From: a virus
DNA: 64,000 bases
IMG/VR virus record: IMGVR_UViG_3300009506_000008
Location: 1 to 64,000 of that record
Strand: one strand, 5' to 3'
Shown: positions 58,121 through 64,000 of the stretch, in pieces
Layout: every line of letters begins with the position of its first letter
Numbering within the stretch: the first letter of the stretch is position 1
The notes under the pieces: generated by a model
The model's database searches: none
What the model was told of the DNA's origin: nothing
What the model saw: the letters and a program-made list of their open reading frames with translations, nothing else
Position numbers and translations under genes: made by a program

Positions 58121-58450
58121 ATGAGTGCAACCGGTTTTCAGAGAGTGCGCAGACTCCAGGCCCTTCGCAAGGAAATTGCGGCTTTGGAGGGAAAGAAGGG
58201 GGACGAAGTCCAGGTGCGGGCGGATGAACTCAAGCCCGTCGGGGAGTTCAAGTTGAAGGGGATGCTTGAGGAACTCAAGAGCAAGACGGCTCAAGCGGCT
58301 CAGTCGCGCAGTGTTCCTCGCTATCCTGCCAAAGCCCCGGAACCGGAAGCCAAGGTTGCGGAAGCCAAGGTTGCGGACGCCCCAGAGGCAAAGCCCGACG
58401 AACCAGTGACCGACGAAGAGAGCACCAGAAGGTCCCGGCGCACGAAGTAA
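58121..58450 (+). CDS. Small head-region protein ending in RRTK
   Basis: GAGGAGG RBS; MSATGFQRVRR start. Confidence 0.65.
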   Translation: MSATGFQRVRRLQALRKEIAALEGKKGDEVQVRADELKPVGEFKLKGMLEELKSKTAQAAQSRSVPRYPAKAPEPEAKVAEAKVADAPEAKPDEPVTDEESTRRSRRTK

Positions 58451-58453
58451 CCC

Positions 58454-59002
58454 ATGGACATCAGCGGTAAGCTCGGGAGTCTGAACCTAGCAATTCCCCT
58501 AGCTCGGTTGTATGACCGATTGGGGGATGTTTGGTTCAAGCTCTTGGTAGATACGGGGAAGGCAGCGGGAGAGCTTGTCGTTGGTGAAGCAAAGATGACG
58601 ACTCTGTTTCAAGATAGTCAGCACCCGGAACGAGGAAGCGGCGGTCAACTGAGAGCGTCGATAACAACTCAGACCTACTCCTCCAGGCGACAAATCACAA
58701 CGATAGTTTGGCCGGGTATGGAGTATGGTAGATACGTTCACGACGGGACAGTAGACACTTCCAAAATCGCCCCCAAGAAAGCCCGGCCAATGGGTCCGGG
58801 CGATCCTCGTTTTATCTTCCCCGTAAACACGCGAGCCCTGCGGTTCTTCATAGGTGGAGAGGAAGTATTCGCCGCTTGGGCGCGAAAAGGAAGGCGCAAG
58901 GCTCGTCCGTTCCTGTACGATGCGTTGGGAAAGAAGCAGAAGGAAATCACAACGATGTTTGCTGATACAGTAAGTCTGTTGATGCAAATAGCAGGAAGGT
59001 AG
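58454..59002 (+). CDS. HK97 gp10-like neck/tail-completion protein
   Basis: GQLRASI, YGRYVHDGT, KARPFL. Confidence 0.75.
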   Translation: MDISGKLGSLNLAIPLARLYDRLGDVWFKLLVDTGKAAGELVVGEAKMTTLFQDSQHPERGSGGQLRASITTQTYSSRRQITTIVWPGMEYGRYVHDGTVDTSKIAPKKARPMGPGDPRFIFPVNTRALRFFIGGEEVFAAWARKGRRKARPFLYDALGKKQKEITTMFADTVSLLMQIAGR

Positions 59003-59008
59003 GGGGTC

Positions 59009-59380
59009 ATGGCAAAAGTCTACTCGGAAACAGATGACGTCTTCGACCCTCTCATCCAAGGCATAACACAGGACGAGGACCACGAAGAGGCTGGCCGGGT
59101 AATCGAGAGGGAATTGAAGAAGCGGGGGATTGATCCCGCTCTCGTTACCTCGGAGGATGGCATCGAGTACCTGAGGCGTCTGTCAGTTCTGTACGCTTCA
59201 CTGTATCGGTGTCGGCTGTCGATGTCGGATGAAGGGGATTCTTACCATGTGCGGGTTGTAGATCTCAAGGAGCAATGGCAGGACGCCCTGGACGAAATCA
59301 CGTATGAGGGACTACTGGGAAAGATTCCCGATTCAACAGGCACGTCGCTGCTGGGATCGGTATCAGTCAAGCGAGGGTAA
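59009..59380 (+). CDS. Putative head-tail adaptor
   Basis: Helical 123 aa ending SVKRG; neck context. Confidence 0.55.
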   Translation: MAKVYSETDDVFDPLIQGITQDEDHEEAGRVIERELKKRGIDPALVTSEDGIEYLRRLSVLYASLYRCRLSMSDEGDSYHVRVVDLKEQWQDALDEITYEGLLGKIPDSTGTSLLGSVSVKRG

Positions 59381-59381
59381 A

Positions 59382-59807
59382 ATGCCACCTGCGGCAATCG
59401 TACATTGGAGCATGAAGGCCGGGAGAAGCGAAGACTTCACCCGGTTCCAGTTTCAACAGTACGACTACACTTGTCGTGCCTTCAACATTCCCTTAGTCCT
59501 AGTTGACGAGTTCGATTCGTTCGGGCTTGAAGTATTGAACGGTATCTTCCCTACCTTGGTCCAAGCAGTTTCCCTATTCCCTCGCCACATTCCTGTCTAC
59601 ATGGATAAAGAGGCTGAGCACCGCCTCCAAGATGTAGAGTTGCCTGAACAGAGTGTGTTCATTGTCGGCCCTGATTTCGGAAGTATGGAAGATAAACCGG
59701 AACACGCTTTCAGAATCAGAGTTGATTATCCTCGCATGGAGCAGGAACTGTGGTCTTGCAGTGTGTTGGCGATCTGTTTATTTGAGTGGAGTCGCCAATG
59801 GCCGTAG
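59382..59807 (+). CDS. SPOUT (TrmH/TrmL-like) methyltransferase-fold protein
   Basis: LQDVELPEQSVFIVGPDFG and IRVDYP...ELWSCSVLAICLFEWSRQ resemble SPOUT knot motifs. Confidence 0.6.
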   Translation: MPPAAIVHWSMKAGRSEDFTRFQFQQYDYTCRAFNIPLVLVDEFDSFGLEVLNGIFPTLVQAVSLFPRHIPVYMDKEAEHRLQDVELPEQSVFIVGPDFGSMEDKPEHAFRIRVDYPRMEQELWSCSVLAICLFEWSRQWP

Positions 59808-61390
59808 CAACTAATCTGACCACCGTCGATTCCTGCGAGGGGATCACTGGATGGAGCGCTCATAACATTTCAGGTGCCGTAGGCACATTGGGTGCCATCC
59901 AAGCTAGCGATGAAGAAGCCCCTCCCGTTGAGGGAACTTACTGTCTCTCGTATGATATTGACATAGAAAACGGGGGATATGTTTACGAGGTCAATGCTAG
60001 CGGGGAGGATTGGTCTGCCCAGACTGCCTACATTTGGTTGCTGTGCATGACGGCAGCATCTCTCCAGGTGCTGACTCCGGGTAGCGGACAAAGCGGAGTT
60101 TACTTCATAGCCATAGATACCAGCGGAAACGCTGGTTACTGGCATGTAGGGGGTTCAGACACATACAGTGGCGGATGGAAGTGTTTCACTTGCTACTTTG
60201 GGAACACCCCGGATACCAATAACGGTACCAATCCCACGATGTCTTCTATTCGATATGTTGGGATAGGTACGAACCACCTTTCCAAGTCTAAAGCCACTCA
60301 TAACGTCTTCTTCGATTTCTTCAGAAAGGGAAATGGAGGAATCACGGTTACTGGAGGATCTTCTGGTACTCCGTTGACGTGGGACGACATTGTATCGGGT
60401 GACGCGAGTATCGCGGCGGGCATCATCCGAAAGCAGGGAGGTGTTTACTTCGTCCAAGGTCAGATTGTCTTCGGCGATGGTACCGGATCGACTGACACAT
60501 ATTTCGATGACGAAGGTCAGACCATCGTGTTCGAGGGCAACGAGCACGTGGCCAATGATACCTATGGTTTGCAAGTCGTAGAGAACGGGGCAAGCAACCT
60601 AACCAGCTTCGTCATAGGAAACAAGACGGGTGGACAGGGGTTGCAGGGGGGCTCGATCCTCGGGGCTTTGCCGTGGGACTTCGATGCCAGTGACGAGGAC
60701 ATTACCAAACTTCTCATCTATGGAGCGGTCCTTCAGAACTTCAGGACGTTCGATCTGCCGTCCAATGCTACCGACCGCGAAGTCTTAGGATGCAATTTTC
60801 TGGACGGTGGCGAGATTACACCCAACACTATCGTTTTCCAATACTGCAATGTCATCAATGCAGACGCTAGGGGACTGAAGCTGGAGAGTACCAGTCACAA
60901 TATGTCGTATTGCAACTTCATCTCCAATCCTCACAGCATTCACATAGACACGGCAGGCACGTACACCATTAGCGGGTGCAAGTTCTTTGGATCTGACGGT
61001 TCGTCTACGTATGATTTGGAGAATAGCAGTACGGGCGCGGTTACAATCAGTGCGACAAATGACTCCGACATAGCTGACTATGAAAATACTGGAGGAGGGT
61101 CGGTAACAATTCAGAATCAGAAGTCGCTCACTATCGGGACAACATCCAATCCGTTGGTGGCGAACAGTGAGGTGAGGATCTATCGTACGAGTGACGATGC
61201 TGTGTTGGATGGGGTGGAAAATAGTGGAACCACGTTTGCGTACAGTTACAATTACACCGGTGATACTGACGTGTACGTTCACATCATTCACCCGTCCTAT
61301 GTGTGGGAACGACTAGACTTGACGTTACTAAGCACCAACCAAGCGGTTCCGGTCAAACAACGGCCAGACCGGATGTATTCTAACCCGTGA
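59798..61390 (+). CDS. Virion/tail protein with beta-helix-like region
   Basis: T/S/G/N-rich; repeated short beta strands; ends DRMYSNP. Confidence 0.65.
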   Translation: MAVATNLTTVDSCEGITGWSAHNISGAVGTLGAIQASDEEAPPVEGTYCLSYDIDIENGGYVYEVNASGEDWSAQTAYIWLLCMTAASLQVLTPGSGQSGVYFIAIDTSGNAGYWHVGGSDTYSGGWKCFTCYFGNTPDTNNGTNPTMSSIRYVGIGTNHLSKSKATHNVFFDFFRKGNGGITVTGGSSGTPLTWDDIVSGDASIAAGIIRKQGGVYFVQGQIVFGDGTGSTDTYFDDEGQTIVFEGNEHVANDTYGLQVVENGASNLTSFVIGNKTGGQGLQGGSILGALPWDFDASDEDITKLLIYGAVLQNFRTFDLPSNATDREVLGCNFLDGGEITPNTIVFQYCNVINADARGLKLESTSHNMSYCNFISNPHSIHIDTAGTYTISGCKFFGSDGSSTYDLENSSTGAVTISATNDSDIADYENTGGGSVTIQNQKSLTIGTTSNPLVANSEVRIYRTSDDAVLDGVENSGTTFAYSYNYTGDTDVYVHIIHPSYVWERLDLTLLSTNQAVPVKQRPDRMYSNP

Positions 61391-61405
61391 TAGGAGGTAC
61401 CAAGC

Positions 61406-63043
61406 ATGGCCAAGATTACCGACCCCGATAGCCTAACCAGATGCACCACAGGTCAGTTAGGGACGGACGGGAACTTGGAAATCGACACGACCAACCATAC
61501 TCTCGGTCTGGCTGCGTACGGGTCGCTTTCCGATTCTGGTTCGTCCGCCACAAACGGAGTCAGCCTTCAAGCGGTGTACTCCAAACTCAAGGAACTGTGG
61601 AAGTCGGAATCGGATCTCCCGGTGGAAAAGTTCCCCATCGAGGCGCTTCAACCAGACAAGTACGAAGTCAAGAACGGCTGGACGTGGAAGGATGCTAACA
61701 CGAGAACACTTCTGCGTGACGGCGGCTGGGCTGTACTAGACACTTCCGAAGTCACTCAGAATGCCGAGGAAATGTTCATGAACGTCATCTCCCTCGGTTC
61801 GTTCGATGACAGCGCGAACGACTTGGCGTACTTCCAGCGTACGGATGGAGGTGATCCGGTAGACTTCGACTTCAACGGCGAGGTTAACCAGGGCGTCCAG
61901 ATCTATCAGGACGACAATGCGGATGGCACGCCAGACAACGACTGGCGCGACTACTTCGTCATGTTCCTGCGCGAGGAACAGAAGACGTATGACCGGTACG
62001 ACCTGATCACCGAGCAGGGCATCAGCCAGCTGACATACATCACGTACAAGTTGCCGTTGTCCAACGGCACGGACCTCAAAGCGTCGGTGACGGACTTGAC
62101 CATCGACTCCAACACCGATTACGACCCTGAAGGCGACTACGCGAACATGACCATCGAGTGGTTGTACGGATCGGCTGGTCGGTTCAACATTCGGGGCAAT
62201 GCTGCGATTGACACTTACGCTGTGGATGACGTGGTCAAAGACGGCGACTCTCCGGCGCGGTGGGCGAAGTGTACGGGTGCTGGCACGATCACGGGCGGTG
62301 AAAGCGGTCCTTACGCATCCTTCACCGGTACTGCGACTTGGGCTGCTTACACCGAGGGCGAACACCAAATCGGTACCAGTTACTACGCTTTCACCGTCGA
62401 GATCGACTTCGATTCCAAGGTCATGCAGAAGGGTTACGAGTTCGTCCAATGGCGACTCCGCAACCCGGTTGGGCAGGACATTGACGACAACGCCACCGGA
62501 ACCTACGTTGGTAAGATCGCGCCCGAGCTTCTGTACTACATCGGTGACGTACTTCACACGATGCCGGAAGTTTGGATCGCCAATTACAACTCCGGTGACG
62601 TGAACAGCATCGTGTTCCACGATCACACAGACACTGGACGACAGTTCCCGTATACTGCATCCATTACCCTCAACTTCAACCAGAACTTGCAGGATGATAG
62701 TGGACCTGCTGAGTACTGGCTGTTCTTCCTCGATCCCGAGGGCGATGGCTCGACCAACATCTGGCCGGGACAGAATGCCATCGTTGTGGACGATGACACG
62801 ACAGCCAACATCGAGGGCAACATTTCCGGTCCCAGCGTCTCCAAGGGATTCGCAATCGACACCAACACTCAGGGTTCCGAGACGAACTACACCACTGCGA
62901 GCGGTCCAGTTCCTGTTGTGGCTGTAGCGGCTGGAACAGACAAAGCGCAGTACGTGTTCCAGACCGGCGTAATCGACCGTACCACAACGAACAGCATCAC
63001 GCTCAATGCCGCACTGGAGAGAAACTACTCCAACCCGGCATAA
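61406..63043 (+). CDS. Virion/tail structural protein
   Basis: AGGAGG RBS; followed by a strong hairpin; ends ERNYSNPA. Confidence 0.7.
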   Translation: MAKITDPDSLTRCTTGQLGTDGNLEIDTTNHTLGLAAYGSLSDSGSSATNGVSLQAVYSKLKELWKSESDLPVEKFPIEALQPDKYEVKNGWTWKDANTRTLLRDGGWAVLDTSEVTQNAEEMFMNVISLGSFDDSANDLAYFQRTDGGDPVDFDFNGEVNQGVQIYQDDNADGTPDNDWRDYFVMFLREEQKTYDRYDLITEQGISQLTYITYKLPLSNGTDLKASVTDLTIDSNTDYDPEGDYANMTIEWLYGSAGRFNIRGNAAIDTYAVDDVVKDGDSPARWAKCTGAGTITGGESGPYASFTGTATWAAYTEGEHQIGTSYYAFTVEIDFDSKVMQKGYEFVQWRLRNPVGQDIDDNATGTYVGKIAPELLYYIGDVLHTMPEVWIANYNSGDVNSIVFHDHTDTGRQFPYTASITLNFNQNLQDDSGPAEYWLFFLDPEGDGSTNIWPGQNAIVVDDDTTANIEGNISGPSVSKGFAIDTNTQGSETNYTTASGPVPVVAVAAGTDKAQYVFQTGVIDRTTTNSITLNAALERNYSNPA

Positions 63044-63065
63044 GGGCATATCCTTCAGGGTTAGT

Positions 63066-63093
63066 TGGCCGACTCCTTTCGGGGAGTCGGCCA
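63066..63093 (+). terminator. Strong intergenic hairpin
   Basis: TGGCCGACTCC-TTTCGG-GGAGTCGGCCA. Confidence 0.55.
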
Positions 63094-63110
63094 CTTGATG
63101 GGAAAGAACG

Positions 63111-64000
63111 ATGGCCGATCCCGTAACCTTCGACGGACCAGGGAACCAGATCAACGTCGATTTTGGTGTGACGGAGATCGACGTTCGCCGGGATCTGTAC
63201 AGTGCTTGGAAAAGATGGGTGATTACTGGAGAGGGGGCCAAGTACATGCCCCTCATGCGGACGGTTGCTGGTGACGATCTCGGTGGAGGGAAGAAGCTAG
63301 GTTCTGCTTACTTCATGTTGGAAGGGTGCAAGATCAAGCCTCACGAAGCTAGCCACACGTTGAATGTTACCGGTAGCTTGTTCGTGGAGAATGCGGCAAC
63401 GTACGGGGATGACCCGTTTATTCCTACCACGGGAGCTTACACAGTCAGCATCAGGTCTGCAACTTCTGAGGTCTTGTTGGCAGATGTCGAAGAGACCAAT
63501 CTCATCCCTCATCTAGGAGCCATCTACTACGACGAGAACGCCAACAATACCGGAACTGTAGTAGGGACTGATGGGGTTCCCGGCAATCCTGTTAGTTCTG
63601 AGGCAGCGATTCACGGGTTACACGATCAATCAGGTCTAAACCTTGTGCGTATTATGGGGACGCTAACGTTATCCGAGGATCATGCCGAACCGTGGATGTA
63701 CGAGGGATTGAATCCTTCGTCTATGTTGAACATGGATGGGTACAGTGTTGACGGTGGTCGTATCTCCCGAATGGGTGTTACTGGACAACAGGGCGGGAGC
63801 GGACAAGTTCAATGGGATATGGTGGTATGTTCCGGGGTAACCAACGCTTTTGTATTCGGTGACAAGGTATGGCTAAAGGGCGACTTAGAAGTCAGGGCCG
63901 GTAGCCATGTCCTAACCAACGTATTCGATTCGGTGCCTGGAGATGACGAACCTGTCCTGTCCTTCGGGAGTTCTTCTGCTACCGAAGTGAACATTCAGAA
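63111..64000 (+). CDS. Virion/tail protein, 3' truncated by the window (not in the ORF track)
   Basis: MADPVTFDGPGNQINVDFGVTEIDVRRDLYSAWKRW...; frame appears to run off the window end. Confidence 0.65.
   Translation, partial: MADPVTFDGPGNQINVDFGVTEIDVRRDLYSAWKRWVITGEGAKYMPLMRTVAGDDLGGGKKLGSAYFMLEGCKIKPHEASHTLNVTGSLFVENAATYGDDPFIPTTGAYTVSIRSATSEVLLADVEETNLIPHLGAIYYDENANNTGTVVGTDGVPGNPVSSEAAIHGLHDQSGLNLVRIMGTLTLSEDHAEPWMYEGLNPSSMLNMDGYSVDGGRISRMGVTGQQGGSGQVQWDMVVCSGVTNAFVFGDKVWLKGDLEVRAGSHVLTNVFDSVPGDDEPVLSFGSSSATEVNIQ

Noticed and set aside
58343-58378. 15-bp tandem duplication (GGAAGCCAAGGTTGC twice)
   Set aside because: Simple in-frame duplication in a disordered linker (EAKVA twice); no evident function
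61736-63256. 506-aa minus-strand ORF, and similar ORFs opposite the scaffold and capsid genes
   Set aside because: Antisense open frames caused by strong codon bias in highly expressed structural genes
1-64000. Genome-wide stop-codon reassignment, tRNA genes, integrase
   Set aside because: TGA, TAG and TAA all end conserved genes at expected positions; I recognised no cloverleaf or recombinase motif by eye (tRNAscan not run)

Overview
This window is most of a dsDNA tailed-phage (Caudoviricetes) genome, cut inside the virion module. Strong AGGAGG ribosome-binding sites and sigma70-type promoters point to a bacterial host. The + strand late arm starts at about 50.2 kb (TerS, TerL, portal, MuF-like protein, scaffold, major capsid, neck and tail-associated proteins). 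It appears to continue at 1-4.9 kb (virion proteins, lysis genes, terminator). The - strand arm (48.75 kb to 5 kb) carries small early genes separated by repeated structured intergenic elements, a sigma-like factor, RadC, a SNF2 helicase, primase, a replication initiator with iterons, and DnaB. It continues with a 7-deazaguanine DNA-modification cluster (QueD, QueE, FolE, DpdL-like, DpdA-like, plus a glycosyltransferase; no QueC seen). It ends with a beta clamp, a split UDG-exo/PolA, dUTPase, NUDIX, ThyX, DnaX, UvsY-like, SSB, RecA, RuvC and a split SbcCD. I recognised no integrase, tRNA or CRISPR array. The most notable observations are: (1) a candidate phage selenoprotein with an in-frame TGA followed by a SECIS-like hairpin (4779-4922); (2) a short R-T-K peptide at or near the termini of more than a dozen unrelated proteins, mostly DNA-acting; (3) the QueC-less deazaguanine cluster with an embedded glycosyltransferase; (4) a SPOUT-like methyltransferase inside the virion gene block. 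All assignments come from reading motifs by eye; no searches were run.
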